A stretch of 64,000 nucleotides of DNA from Candidatus Hodarchaeota archaeon (GCA_048887225.1 JBHLJY010000002.1:160001-224000); one strand, 5' to 3'. Shown: positions 30,698-41,341, counted from the stretch's first letter. Notes: a model not told the origin generated them from the letters alone. A program made the numbers and translations.

Positions 30698-30797
30698 CCT
30701 AAAAATTAAAGATCTTTTTCTTTCTTTTTTCTTTAAGTTTTTAAAAGATTATTGTATTCTTAAGTAAATTTTAAGTATATCAAAATATATACTTATG

Positions 30798-30872
30798 ATG
30801 TGCCCATTTATAGTGTTTCTAAGAGATTAATTTAAAATTATTACGATGAATAGAAATCTCCAATGGGCACAT
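30798..30872. repeat. Nested inverted repeat between convergent genes
   Basis: ATGTGCCCATT (30798-808) / AATGGGCACAT (30862-72), with inner TTTCTA/TAGAAA. Confidence 0.8.
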
Positions 30873-30887
30873 TCTATTCCTAGTAAT

Positions 30888-31772
30888 TTATATGAGAAGG
30901 GCTCCAATCGCACCACAGAATTCTGAATTTTTTAAAAAAATTGCTTTTTTATTGTTAACTTTACAAATCAATGATAACATTTTTTTTAAAACCTTGTTAT
31001 TCCTAAGAAAACCTCCACAGAAGATTAAATTAATTATATCATTGGTTTCAGCCATTTGACACGCAATTATTCCAATATTTTCACCGATCATATTTATTAA
31101 AGAATTTATAATATCTTCTTTTTGAACTGAATTTACGATAAAATAATCGTTAATTTTCCCAAACGATGCAGCAGTGAATTCTCTAAAAATCGAGTCAACC
31201 CGATCGTCTTCGGGTTCATAAATATCCGATACTTTTAAATCTACATTATATCTATCTCCTTTCTTTGATAAATTCATCGCTTCTGGGAAATCATTAAAGT
31301 TAAATAGTAATTTAATTAATCCCATAAATAGGCCACCTCCAAGAGCGGTTCCTCCCAAATGTTTAAACGATTTCTTTTTCAAAATTATGGAAGTTCCCGT
31401 CCCTATAGTAATTATTAAAGAATCTGGTAAAACTTTTTCTTTGTTTAGCAAGTAAAGAGTTTCTATTCCTTTAATATTTGCTTGAAATTCGTTATATAAT
31501 TTTGTTTCTACTTCTTTTGAATACTTATTATGCAAATTGAAAGCTTTACCACCTGTAAAATTAAACTTTTTATAAAATCCTTTTTTTGAATCTAAAAACT
31601 CAATTATTTCTTCGAAATTTGGTTTAGTTAATATTAAATTAAGATATAAATTATCACCTTCGAGATAAACAATTTTTGTTAAACTTTGTCCCATATCGAT
31701 TCCTATTATATTTGAAGGAATTTCAATTTTCGATTGATTTATTCGTATTTTTAATAGGTCAATTTTTGAGAT
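30888..31772 (-). CDS. Type II pantothenate kinase (CoaW/fumble-like); probable ATC/ATT start
   Basis: IIGIDMGQSLTK, TGGKA, IGTGTSI, GGTALGGG, VDLKVSDIY, TAASFGK, GAIGA; the GID strand lies upstream of the ORF-track ATG; exact start uncertain. Confidence 0.85.
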   Translation of the reverse strand: MSKIDLLKIRINQSKIEIPSNIIGIDMGQSLTKIVYLEGDNLYLNLILTKPNFEEIIEFLDSKKGFYKKFNFTGGKAFNLHNKYSKEVETKLYNEFQANIKGIETLYLLNKEKVLPDSLIITIGTGTSIILKKKSFKHLGGTALGGGLFMGLIKLLFNFNDFPEAMNLSKKGDRYNVDLKVSDIYEPEDDRVDSIFREFTAASFGKINDYFIVNSVQKEDIINSLINMIGENIGIIACQMAETNDIINLIFCGGFLRNNKVLKKMLSLICKVNNKKAIFLKNSEFCGAIGALLI

Positions 31773-31870
31773 TTTTTACCACTTCGCTAAAGGTTTAATT
31801 GAAAAATCCATTATAATATTATAAATTTATTTTGAAATTATAAATTAATTCTCTCAGACTATTTGTTAAA

Positions 31871-33241
31871 ATGGATCTAATAAACTCTGAAACTGTTGAA
31901 GTTGCCATAGTTAAAGGTCAGACCCCTAAGGAAACTGTGTTAAATGGAATCGATAAACTCGGAGGGATTTATAAATATATTAATAATGGAGATCAAGTAT
32001 TTATTAAATTTAATTTAAAGCTACCAAATGGTTTTCCGACAAACACCAATTTTGACATACTTAAAGCTTTAATTCAATTATGCAAAAAAGCTGGTGCCAA
32101 AAAAGTCTATGTTGGCAGTTTTCCCTTCAAAGGGATTACAATAAAAGCAATCTCCGACACATTAGGGCTAAGAGAATACTTTGATAGCATTGGGGCAGAA
32201 TTAGCGTTTTTAGATAATAGCAATTATTTCTACTTGAAAAGATTTGATGCTAAGAAATTAAAAGTTGTTAAAAATAGATCATTTTCAAAAGTAAATATAA
32301 AAAACAAGTCATTTATTATTCCTAAGGTAATTCTGGAATCGAATAAACTTATTTCAATTAATCAGGTTAATGTTGATCCTTTATTCTCATTTAGCTTATC
32401 CTTACTTAATTCTTATTCAATCGTTCCAAACAGATATCAGGAAGTTAAAAACATTCTAAAAAAAGGAAAAGATTGCGTACTAAACGACCAATACAAACAA
32501 GAATTAGATTCAAATATTATTGATGTTTTTTCTTTAAAAAAACCTAATTTAATTATAAATGACCTCTTCTATATTTTAGAAGGTGCTGGTCCTTATATAT
32601 ATAAAGATTCAAATCTGAAAAAAACAGGGATAATGGTCCTCGGAAATGATGCCGTTGCTGTAGATATAATCACCACAAAAATATTGAACCTCAATAAAAA
32701 TGCAAAAGACTTAATTTTAAGAGCTGAAAAAAGTAGAATAGGTACTGCTAATATTTCTAAAATTAAAATTGTAGGAGAACATTTTAAAGACATTAATATT
32801 GATATTGAAGAAAGTGCTAATAAGCTTGACAAGATTAAATTACAGAGTTTTTCAATTAAAACAGGTCAATTATGTTCGGGATGTTTTAAACAAGCTTATC
32901 ATCTGTTAAATCTTATGAAAACTAATATGACAAAGGATTTAAAGTACATTACTCCATATAACTCTTTTTTAATAGGAGAAAATCCTCCTGATCCTAATAT
33001 TATAGGCAAGGATAATATTATTCTTTTTGGAGATTGCGCTGTAAATAGTAAAAGATTTAGCGTAAATAAAAAAGTACTAAAACTATCAGGGTGTCCACCA
33101 GATATTATCAAATGCGTGAAATTGATGATAAATTATTACAAAAAAGGCAATGTGCCTATGCTTAATTTATGTTATAAGATAATTGCTTCCTACGCTTCTA
33201 AAAAAATTATAAAAAAATTAAGGATATGGGAGGGATTATAG
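31871..33241 (+). CDS. DUF362 Fe-S protein
   Basis: GDQVFIKFNL, EGAGP, DAVAVD, CSGC, FGDC, GCPP. Confidence 0.85.
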   Translation: MDLINSETVEVAIVKGQTPKETVLNGIDKLGGIYKYINNGDQVFIKFNLKLPNGFPTNTNFDILKALIQLCKKAGAKKVYVGSFPFKGITIKAISDTLGLREYFDSIGAELAFLDNSNYFYLKRFDAKKLKVVKNRSFSKVNIKNKSFIIPKVILESNKLISINQVNVDPLFSFSLSLLNSYSIVPNRYQEVKNILKKGKDCVLNDQYKQELDSNIIDVFSLKKPNLIINDLFYILEGAGPYIYKDSNLKKTGIMVLGNDAVAVDIITTKILNLNKNAKDLILRAEKSRIGTANISKIKIVGEHFKDINIDIEESANKLDKIKLQSFSIKTGQLCSGCFKQAYHLLNLMKTNMTKDLKYITPYNSFLIGENPPDPNIIGKDNIILFGDCAVNSKRFSVNKKVLKLSGCPPDIIKCVKLMINYYKKGNVPMLNLCYKIIASYASKKIIKKLRIWEGL

Positions 33242-34812
33242 CTTTGATTAACGATAATTTTAAGAGTAACTGGTTAAAAATTTTAAATTATAATTCTAAT
33301 GTAGAGATTTTTGACGATGCTAAAAAATTAAAAGAAAGAATTCGAATTCCATTAACTCCAATTAACACTGAGGGATATGTCATATATTATCTTTTTAAAC
33401 TCTTATATCCAATATTCATTAACGATCAACAGAATATCCTTGATGTTGTAATCTCTGACAATGGAAAAGAGATTCTGAAATTATTTTTATATGAAACTAA
33501 AAAAGCAGGAATACATGAATCTTTCCAAATAGTGCCAAAAGAATGGATAAATTTTCAATGGGATGATTTGCATGAGATTAATGAAATTTTTAGTGCCGCT
33601 CAATCGGGTTTAATAGAGAAGAAAAATGTAAGGATCTCATCGCTTCGAATATTCAAAAAAAAAGCAATTAATTATATTAATGATTTTTGTATAGGAATAA
33701 ACGAACTTAATTTCTATGAATTTATGCTACGAATTTTTGATTTAGTACAAAATATATTAGAATACAATGTCTTTTTTATTTATCCGGAGCCTAATATTTT
33801 AAAATTCTTAAAAAAATTAATCATATATTTAAAAGGAATAAAACTTTCTAATATTTTTAAATTCATTGAGGGAAACTTCGATAGTTTTAACGTCTCAATT
33901 GTTTTAAATTCAGAGCAACTAATTTTAATCCTTAAAATTCAAAAAATAAAGTCAAGTTCAGAAAAATCAGACCTCAATTTCAAACTATATACTCCAAGAG
34001 AATTAGGCATTAATGTTGATGGAATAAGTATAACTCACCTTTTAAACAAAATTAAATTTAGATTGAAATCTGAAAAAATTTTTCTTATTAATCAAAATCA
34101 CATACTCTCTTTATTACCCGAAATTTTTGAGTTAGATATTCCTCCAAAAATAGAAAATCTGAAATTAATACTTCAAAAAATTCTATTTGGATTTAGAAGT
34201 TTTGAGAATTTGTGGTATATGGCACCTCGTCCTAAAATTTATAATACATTAAGACGATTTATTGTCAGACTTATAGGACTTAATTTGAATCTTAAGAAGA
34301 TATCTCATTGGGCGTTTCCAGAGTTAATTTCTACTTCAATTGGCTCGAATTTTGGTTTATATTCAAAAATTATGTTTATTTTTACCAATATCTCTAAATA
34401 TAAAAAATTAAAATTGGATGATCTAAAGAAAATTTTTGAATATGCAATACTGATTGAAATCGAGAATGGTAAATTACAAAAAATAATTCCTATTAATAGA
34501 GATGATATTTTCACCAATGGAAAAGCCACCGATTTAGAAATAATAAGATACATAATTTCAGAGAAATATGGATTTGTATCGTCTGTAATTAAAATAGACA
34601 ATTTATTAATAAAAGAAGTTCTAAATAATTTCGGGTCAAATTTGTCTAAATTTAAACCTTTCTCTAAGTTAAAAATACTTAAATTGCTCAAAAATAAAAA
34701 TATCTTTAATATTTATCCTGACTTGCCACCCTTTAAATTGATAACGAATAACGGAGTAAAATATCTTACTAAACTAGTTCTACCAATTTTAATTGATAAA
34801 CATGAATTTTAA
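33226..34812 (+). CDS. Hypothetical protein
   Basis: 528-aa ORF coupled to the DUF362 gene; no family recognised. Confidence 0.75.
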   Translation: MGGIIALINDNFKSNWLKILNYNSNVEIFDDAKKLKERIRIPLTPINTEGYVIYYLFKLLYPIFINDQQNILDVVISDNGKEILKLFLYETKKAGIHESFQIVPKEWINFQWDDLHEINEIFSAAQSGLIEKKNVRISSLRIFKKKAINYINDFCIGINELNFYEFMLRIFDLVQNILEYNVFFIYPEPNILKFLKKLIIYLKGIKLSNIFKFIEGNFDSFNVSIVLNSEQLILILKIQKIKSSSEKSDLNFKLYTPRELGINVDGISITHLLNKIKFRLKSEKIFLINQNHILSLLPEIFELDIPPKIENLKLILQKILFGFRSFENLWYMAPRPKIYNTLRRFIVRLIGLNLNLKKISHWAFPELISTSIGSNFGLYSKIMFIFTNISKYKKLKLDDLKKIFEYAILIEIENGKLQKIIPINRDDIFTNGKATDLEIIRYIISEKYGFVSSVIKIDNLLIKEVLNNFGSNLSKFKPFSKLKILKLLKNKNIFNIYPDLPPFKLITNNGVKYLTKLVLPILIDKHEF

Positions 34813-34842
34813 GTTTATAAATAAAAATAAAAAAATAGAAAT

Positions 34843-35019
34843 TTAAAGTAAATAAAAATAAGCTACTATCGTTAGAAAAACCAGTAAGACGCCCCCTATA
34901 AATAAAAAGACGGCAAATGGTAATAATAATCCCCAATATAAAACACCGATTACAGCAAAAACACACATAAGAATTCCAATAAAAATTAATATTCCTATTA
35001 TTACTCGTTCTAATGTCAA
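34843..35019 (-). CDS. 58-aa two-TM microprotein (absent from ORF track)
   Basis: TTG start after GGTGA RBS; MTLERVIIGILIFIGILMCVFAVIGVLYWGLLLPFAVFLFIGGVLLVFLTIVAYFYLL*. Confidence 0.7.
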   Translation of the reverse strand: MTLERVIIGILIFIGILMCVFAVIGVLYWGLLLPFAVFLFIGGVLLVFLTIVAYFYLL

Positions 35020-35140
35020 TCTAAAAAATCACCATAATTTCTGCATAAGGAATTGTTTTAAGAATAAATTTATATGAGTTTTTATAAATACTTTAACTTT
35101 TAAAAAAATCGTTAAAAATTAGAAGTAAGGAATTTATTAA

Positions 35141-36232
35141 TTATTTTACATATCCTTTAGCCTTTAATAACTCTGCGGTTAATATTGATCCTCCTGCAGC
35201 TCCTCTTACAGTATTATGGCTAAGTGCTACGAATTTATAATCAAATACATTGTCTTTTCTTAATCTTCCAACAGTTACAGCCATACCCTTATCATTATCT
35301 CTGTCTTTTTTCGGTTGTGGTCTGTCAATGTTATTTAAATAAATAATTGGCTGTTTTGGAGCGAAAGGCAAATTTTGTTCTTGTGGAAATGATTTGAATT
35401 CATTCCATATATTAATTATCTCTTCTTTTGAAGGGACATTATCTTTGAATTTCATATTTACACATGCCGTATGACCATCTACTACAGGAACTCGAGTACA
35501 TGTTGAACTTATTTGAATTGAATCGTCGTGGATAATTCCATTTTCTCCGACTTTCCCTAGGATTTTTAGCGGTTCTTGTTCTGTTTTCTCTTCTTCTCCA
35601 CTTATATAAGGAACTATATTATCAACTATATCTAAAGAAGGGACCCCAGGATAACCTGCCCCTGAAACAGCTTGAAGTGTTGTAATGATTAATTTTTCGA
35701 TTTTATATCCAGCAGCCTTTATAGCATAAATTGCTGTTAAATAACTTTGTAAAGAACAATTAGGTTTTACTACAACGAAACCTCCCTTATCAAAACCCCG
35801 GTTTTTTTGCTGAATTGGTATTATATCTGTGTGATTATGGTTAATTTCCCCCATGATCATTGGAACATCTGGAGTCCATCTATGGGCAGAGTTGTTACTT
35901 ACTACAGGAATTCCCCTTTTTGCATACTTAAATTCAACCTCTTTAATTTGGTCTTTTGAGGGCATAGTTATTGCCGAAAATAAAAAACTCAAGTCATCTG
36001 GAATAGAATCATAATCCTGTACGTCCCTTACAATTAAATCTTCAATAGAATCTGGAATTGAGATTGGCATTTGCCATTTAGGGCCAGCTGCTTCTTTGTA
36101 TGTTTTTCCAGCAGATCTAGGAGATGCTGCGATGTCAACTATTTCAAACCACGGATGACCCTGCAATAACCGTAAGTAGTTCTGTCCCACTACACCGGTT
36201 GCACCAAGCACACCAATTTTTATTTTTTCCAT
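35141..36232 (-). CDS. asd: Aspartate-semialdehyde dehydrogenase (archaeal/fungal type)
   Basis: GATGVVGQ, KPNCS, QAVSGAG, RVPVVDGH, HNTVRGAAG. Confidence 0.97.
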   Translation of the reverse strand: MEKIKIGVLGATGVVGQNYLRLLQGHPWFEIVDIAASPRSAGKTYKEAAGPKWQMPISIPDSIEDLIVRDVQDYDSIPDDLSFLFSAITMPSKDQIKEVEFKYAKRGIPVVSNNSAHRWTPDVPMIMGEINHNHTDIIPIQQKNRGFDKGGFVVVKPNCSLQSYLTAIYAIKAAGYKIEKLIITTLQAVSGAGYPGVPSLDIVDNIVPYISGEEEKTEQEPLKILGKVGENGIIHDDSIQISSTCTRVPVVDGHTACVNMKFKDNVPSKEEIINIWNEFKSFPQEQNLPFAPKQPIIYLNNIDRPQPKKDRDNDKGMAVTVGRLRKDNVFDYKFVALSHNTVRGAAGGSILTAELLKAKGYVK

Positions 36233-36369
36233 ACAGATTTAAATGAAGCGATATTGAATAATTTTTCGATTTTTTTGATTAAATAGTCATATTATTAATA
36301 AATTTTTGAAGCAAAAATGTAAAATTCTGTCGTTCTTTTTTTTAATTAATTAATTAATTTTGAAAGTTT

Positions 36370-37413
36370 ATGAAAAATCCTTTTTATCAATTCTATCACG
36401 TTCCGACATCCCAAGAACTATTAGATATAGCATTTAAAAGAGCTATGAAAAGTTCTGCTAAGGTTTCTAAAAACGCTCCAATCCTAATTAAAGCAAAAAA
36501 AAAAGAAACTAAGCGGATAAAGGTTGCAATTAAAGAACTTATTGAGCGGATTCTCAATATTATAAAAATGGTCCCTCTTATTGATGATCTTCCAGATTTC
36601 TACAAAGAATTAGCTTCACTATTGGTAAATACTGATGAATTGAAATTAACTCTGGGAAAATTAAATGGAATTTTACCCGTTTTAAGTAAAATCGAGAGAG
36701 AATATACAAAAAATCTTGGCAAGATTGAAGCCCCGAAAGAAGGGGACCAATTAAGAAGATCTGCTTTCGGTAGGATGTCTTCTATTATAAATAAGCAAAA
36801 TAATAATCTTAAATATTTAAATGATATAAGAGGGAGATTAAGGGAAATTCCTTCAATTGATTATACTATGCCATGCGTTGTAGTTGCGGGATATCCAAAC
36901 GTAGGAAAAAGCAGCATTGTAAAATTGATATCTACTGCAAAATCTATAGAAGTACAAGAATATCCATTTACAACAAAAAAATTAAATTTAGGACATATAA
37001 AGATCAAACGAAGATTTGACGCAATTAAGCTACAAATTATGGATACTCCTGGAATTTTAGATAGACTTATGTCTAAAAGGAATTACATTGAATTACAAGC
37101 GATTTTAACTTTACGATTGATATCTGATCTAATCTTATTTATTTTCGATCCTACTCCGGCATGTGGATATTCAATAGAATCTCAAATAGAGCTATTCAAT
37201 GAAATCAAGGAAAATTTTACTCAAGATGGAAATATTAAAATCATTGTCGTTTTTAACAAGATGGATTTAGCAAGTCCATCTGAAATAAATTTTCTCAAGG
37301 ACAAGTTAAAATTGAAAGAAAACGAATATTTTTTAACCAATGCTTTAACAGGAGAGAATCTTGATAAAGTAGATACTTATTTAAAAAATTGTTATAGTCA
37401 AACCGAATCATAA
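36370..37413 (+). CDS. NOG1-family GTPase
   Basis: GYPNVGKSS, YPFTT, DTPGILDR, NKMD; helical N-terminus. Confidence 0.93.
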   Translation: MKNPFYQFYHVPTSQELLDIAFKRAMKSSAKVSKNAPILIKAKKKETKRIKVAIKELIERILNIIKMVPLIDDLPDFYKELASLLVNTDELKLTLGKLNGILPVLSKIEREYTKNLGKIEAPKEGDQLRRSAFGRMSSIINKQNNNLKYLNDIRGRLREIPSIDYTMPCVVVAGYPNVGKSSIVKLISTAKSIEVQEYPFTTKKLNLGHIKIKRRFDAIKLQIMDTPGILDRLMSKRNYIELQAILTLRLISDLILFIFDPTPACGYSIESQIELFNEIKENFTQDGNIKIIVVFNKMDLASPSEINFLKDKLKLKENEYFLTNALTGENLDKVDTYLKNCYSQTES

Positions 37414-37434
37414 AATAATTTAAAAAGATATTTT

Positions 37435-38058
37435 TCATACACTAAAATTTTCATCTAATTCATGATTTAGGGAAATTTTCTCATCTCTAAATTTTAGAAA
37501 TTCGTTCTTTTTGAATTTTTTTGGAAGATATCTTTTACTTTTTTTTCCTGCTAATTCAATAGAGAAAATTAATATACAACAGATTAAAAGCGCAACCATT
37601 AAATCTCGAAGTAAATATGACTCTATAATATAACTAATAAGAGATAATAGACCAGAAGCTAAAGCAACAATAAAAATGATAATCGTAAATAGGCGCCTAT
37701 TATAAGCCGAATAAATTCTATTATTTTCAATTGTGTTTCTTTTACCAAAATAAACTTTAATTGTTCTCATCAAATTATTTTTAATTATAACATTTTCACA
37801 CGATTTTAATTTAACAAGCGAAATTATAGAATCTTCAATGATTATATTTTGGCATTTATCTAAGATCATAATGCCAATATCAATATTTCTTAAATGAAGG
37901 TACAAATCATCTGTCTTAAAAATTACATTATACGGAAGATTATCATCATCAATAATAAGGGGAGAATCTTTAGTACCTTTACCTTTCCAACCTATTTTTT
38001 CAATATTTGCTTTTAAAAATTCCTTTTCAATGATACTTGGTATTTCCAAAAATTTCAC
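37435..38058 (-). CDS. Short beta-helix (NosD-like) protein with two C-terminal TMs
   Basis: GKGTKDSPLII, CQNIIIED/CENVIIKNN repeats. Confidence 0.6.
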   Translation of the reverse strand: MKFLEIPSIIEKEFLKANIEKIGWKGKGTKDSPLIIDDDNLPYNVIFKTDDLYLHLRNIDIGIMILDKCQNIIIEDSIISLVKLKSCENVIIKNNLMRTIKVYFGKRNTIENNRIYSAYNRRLFTIIIFIVALASGLLSLISYIIESYLLRDLMVALLICCILIFSIELAGKKSKRYLPKKFKKNEFLKFRDEKISLNHELDENFSV

Positions 38059-38165
38059 TTAACACTTAGAAAATATATTTTACAAATCTAATAATTAAAT
38101 ATCATATAGATGGTTAATAAAATTTAGATAAATCACCAATTTATTTAGAACACCGATTATTAATA

Positions 38166-39245
38166 ATGAAAAACCTTATTATATTAGGATTAGATATCGG
38201 TGGAGCTAATACAAAGGCAGCTCTTGTAAAATTTAAAAATTCAGAAATTTCGGAATCATTTTCATATATTGAATCTTTTCCATTTTGGGAAAAAATTATT
38301 GATGAAATTCCACAAATGTTTAAAAAGATTATATCTATTTTATTAGGCAAACATTTAAATTTAAAAGTTATTGATTATATCGCAGTTACTATTACCGCAG
38401 AGCTTTCAGATGCATTTCAAACTAAGCGTGAAGGCATTTTAACAATTCTAAATGCATTGGATAAGGTTTTTGATAAAAAGAAGATGTTTTTTATTAATAA
38501 CTCTGGAAAATTTATAGATTATGCATGCGCAAAATCAGATTTTTCCACTATCGCAGCAGCAAACTGGGTATCTACATCTCTATATTTAGGACAATTTATC
38601 TCTCAATGTATTTTAATTGATGCTGGTTCAACAACTATCGATATTATTCCTATACTTAACTCAATTCCCGTTGCTAAAGGTAATAACGATATATCAAGAA
38701 TAGTGAATCACGAATTAATATATACTGGTGGATTAAGAGCAACTATACCATCAATAACGCATTTTGTACCTTATAAAGGAAAATTAATTCGTATTTCTTT
38801 TGAAAAATTTGCTTTAGTGTCGGATGTCCATCTAATATTAAATAATATCTCTGAAAATGAATACATCAACGATACAGCAGATAGTCGATCGAAATCTATT
38901 GAAGACTGTTATGCTAGATTAGCTAGAATTATATGTATGGATATTGAAACTATTTCTAAAGAAGAATTAAATGAAATTGCAGAATATATTTATAAGCAGC
39001 AATTAGAGCTCATATCAAGTGAGATCCAAGAATTTATGAAATATCTTATTATTAAATATCCTGAATTTAAAGAAAATCCATTATTTGTAATTACTGGTTT
39101 ATCAGCAGATTTCTTAGTTAAAAATGTATTAGAATCATTCGGATATAATAACATTAAGAATTACGAAGATATTACAAAAGTTCCAGACCGTATTAGTTCT
39201 TCAGCTTTTGCAGTGGCGGGTGCTTTTTATTTTCAGAATAAATAA
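38166..39245 (+). CDS. mfnF: Hydantoinase/oxoprolinase-like methanofuran biosynthesis protein
   Basis: GLDIGGANTK, TAELSDAFQTKREG, AAANW, DAGSTTIDIIP; adjacent to mfnE-like kinase. Confidence 0.8.
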   Translation: MKNLIILGLDIGGANTKAALVKFKNSEISESFSYIESFPFWEKIIDEIPQMFKKIISILLGKHLNLKVIDYIAVTITAELSDAFQTKREGILTILNALDKVFDKKKMFFINNSGKFIDYACAKSDFSTIAAANWVSTSLYLGQFISQCILIDAGSTTIDIIPILNSIPVAKGNNDISRIVNHELIYTGGLRATIPSITHFVPYKGKLIRISFEKFALVSDVHLILNNISENEYINDTADSRSKSIEDCYARLARIICMDIETISKEELNEIAEYIYKQQLELISSEIQEFMKYLIIKYPEFKENPLFVITGLSADFLVKNVLESFGYNNIKNYEDITKVPDRISSSAFAVAGAFYFQNK

Positions 39246-39263
39246 GAAAATTATGGTATTATC

Positions 39264-39986
39264 ATGAAAAATATAATCGTTAAAATCGGAGGAAAAATAT
39301 TAGAGGATTCTAAAAGTCTTGAATCTACAATATTTCAATTAAAGGAGCTTTTATTTGAAAAAAAAATTATAAATAATGTAGTGATTATCCCTGGAGGAGG
39401 CTCCTATGCGAATTTAATTAGAGCGATTGATAAAGATTTAAATATTGGGGATGATCTCGCACATTGGATGGCAATTTTTACTATTAATTTTAACGGTATT
39501 AAAATAATTAAAAAATTTCCAGAGATTAAGTGTTTTAAAAATTTTAATGCGTTAGAAGAATCATTAATGGAAAGCAATATTTCATTATTTTTACCATACG
39601 ATTATTTGATTAAAGTTGATGAATTGCCTCATTCTTGGGACGTGACCTCTGATTCAATAACTGTATTTCTCGCATTTAAATTAGGATTAAAATATTGTAT
39701 TTTAATTAAAGATGTGAATGGCATTATAAACGATCAGAATCAAATAATTAAAGAAATCACTGTTAATGAATATAAAAATCTGAAAAAAGCAAATAGATTA
39801 TTAAAAAAAGAAATTAATTCATATAAGGAATCTCAGCCCATTGATACTTATTCCTTAGAATTAATTGAAAAATACAAAATCTCTTGTTTTATTTTAAACG
39901 GTAAAACAGAAAATCGAACAATTATAGATTTTTTTAATAATGCTGAGAGAGAGCATTCTCTTCATACAAAAATCAAATTTAGCTAG
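39264..39986 (+). CDS. mfnE: Amino-acid-kinase-family furan phosphate kinase
   Basis: VKIGG, PGGG, AHWMAI, LPHSWDVTSDSI, KDVNG. Confidence 0.8.
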   Translation: MKNIIVKIGGKILEDSKSLESTIFQLKELLFEKKIINNVVIIPGGGSYANLIRAIDKDLNIGDDLAHWMAIFTINFNGIKIIKKFPEIKCFKNFNALEESLMESNISLFLPYDYLIKVDELPHSWDVTSDSITVFLAFKLGLKYCILIKDVNGIINDQNQIIKEITVNEYKNLKKANRLLKKEINSYKESQPIDTYSLELIEKYKISCFILNGKTENRTIIDFFNNAEREHSLHTKIKFS

Positions 39987-40126
39987 CTTTTTAGTTATTT
40001 AACTTATTCCGTTTTTAATACTTTTTTATTGAAAATAAAAGCAATTAAAGTTTTAATTGAATCAAAAACAAAACTAAATATAATATTCATAAAAAAACTT
40101 TACTTAAAGTCTAAAGTGAAAATAAA

Positions 40127-40627
40127 ATGGATGATGATCAAATAAAGAAAAATGCGGATTTTTTAATTAAAAATCTTGCTGGTATGGAGGTACCTGGATC
40201 GGCGACTGTTAATGTCAGATATAAAAATCTAGTTAATTTTGCGCAAGTTTATGGAATAACAGATCCTAAATATGTTGGATCTGAGGAGCAAGGAATAGTT
40301 GCATGTCACGCATTTGCAAACCATTTTACGATAAAAGCACTATATAAATTGCTACTTGGAAGTAAATTAGAACAAGACGGTGAAATGCGCCCTTTCTTAT
40401 TGAATCCTGGTAAATTATTACATGCAGGTCAAGAATATGATTGGAATGGATGTGTGGATGTTAAACCTGGAGATAAATTGAAAGTAACCGCAAAATGGGG
40501 CAAAGTTTGGGTAGTGGAAAAAAATATGGTTCTTTTCGCAGAATTATTAGTAGAAGTAAAGAACCAAAATGGTGAATTAGTTTGTAAACCACTAGTTACA
40601 GCGGCCGTTAGGCCAGGAGGATATTAA
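40127..40627 (+). CDS. MaoC-like hotdog dehydratase partner subunit
   Basis: FAQVYGITDPKY, LLHAGQEY, VKPGDKL, NQNGELV. Confidence 0.8.
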   Translation: MDDDQIKKNADFLIKNLAGMEVPGSATVNVRYKNLVNFAQVYGITDPKYVGSEEQGIVACHAFANHFTIKALYKLLLGSKLEQDGEMRPFLLNPGKLLHAGQEYDWNGCVDVKPGDKLKVTAKWGKVWVVEKNMVLFAELLVEVKNQNGELVCKPLVTAAVRPGGY

Positions 40628-40644
40628 TTGGAGGTGGATAAAAA

Positions 40645-41193
40645 ATGGTAAAAATTTCAGATATTAAAGTTGGAGATGTTATAAAGAATGAATTTGATGG
40701 CATTACACGAGATTTATTAAAAATGTATGCTAAAGCTTCTGGAGATACCAATCCTATTCATACAAACGATGCAATAGCTGAAAAAGCTGGTTTAAAAGGA
40801 ATTATCGCACATGGGCTCTTTAGTTTTGGATTTATCACAAAATTATTCGAAGATTGGTTAGAACAGGAAAAATTTGGCAAACTTATTGATATTTCAGTTG
40901 AGATGAGGGGCATGGTGAGAGTAGGAGATCTGTTAGTCACAGAAGCGAAAGTAAATAAAATTGAAGGGAAAAGGATATATCTTGATGTAAATCAAACAAC
41001 TATTACAAATGTAGATATTAAGGATAAGGATGGAAATATTGTAAAACAATTTGAGGCTGGAGAGCGTGGTTATATCACAGAAAAAGACATTTCACAAAAT
41101 CTCGTTAAAACGAAGGAAGTTAGTGAGGGGATTTTAACTTATCGAGAAAGAGTTGCAACACCTGGAACTGCTATTGTTGAATTAAACGAATGA
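40645..41193 (+). CDS. MaoC-family (R)-hydratase catalytic subunit
   Basis: YAKASGDTNPIH, IIAHGL. Confidence 0.9.
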   Translation: MVKISDIKVGDVIKNEFDGITRDLLKMYAKASGDTNPIHTNDAIAEKAGLKGIIAHGLFSFGFITKLFEDWLEQEKFGKLIDISVEMRGMVRVGDLLVTEAKVNKIEGKRIYLDVNQTTITNVDIKDKDGNIVKQFEAGERGYITEKDISQNLVKTKEVSEGILTYRERVATPGTAIVELNE

Positions 41194-41225
41194 TTTTTTA
41201 ATATTACAAAAAAAACTGTCTAATA

Positions 41226-41256
41226 TTTTTTCTTTATTTTTTTATTTTTTTTTTTT
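41226..41256 (+). terminator. Oligo-T terminator after the MaoC pair
   Basis: Extended T tract downstream of the stop at 41193. Confidence 0.45.
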
Positions 41257-41341
41257 CCGTTATCCATCAATTTTAATAGAAGATATTTATATGTTTTTAT
41301 CGAAAATATCTTTGAAATAATAAATTTTTAAAATACTAATA

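Noticed and set aside
30798-30872. Second SECIS element
   Set aside because: No correctly placed AUGA/GA core, and neither flanking gene has an in-frame UGA
34769-34966. 65-aa ORF-track call
   Set aside because: The alternative frame 34843..35019 has an RBS and a coherent two-TM sequence
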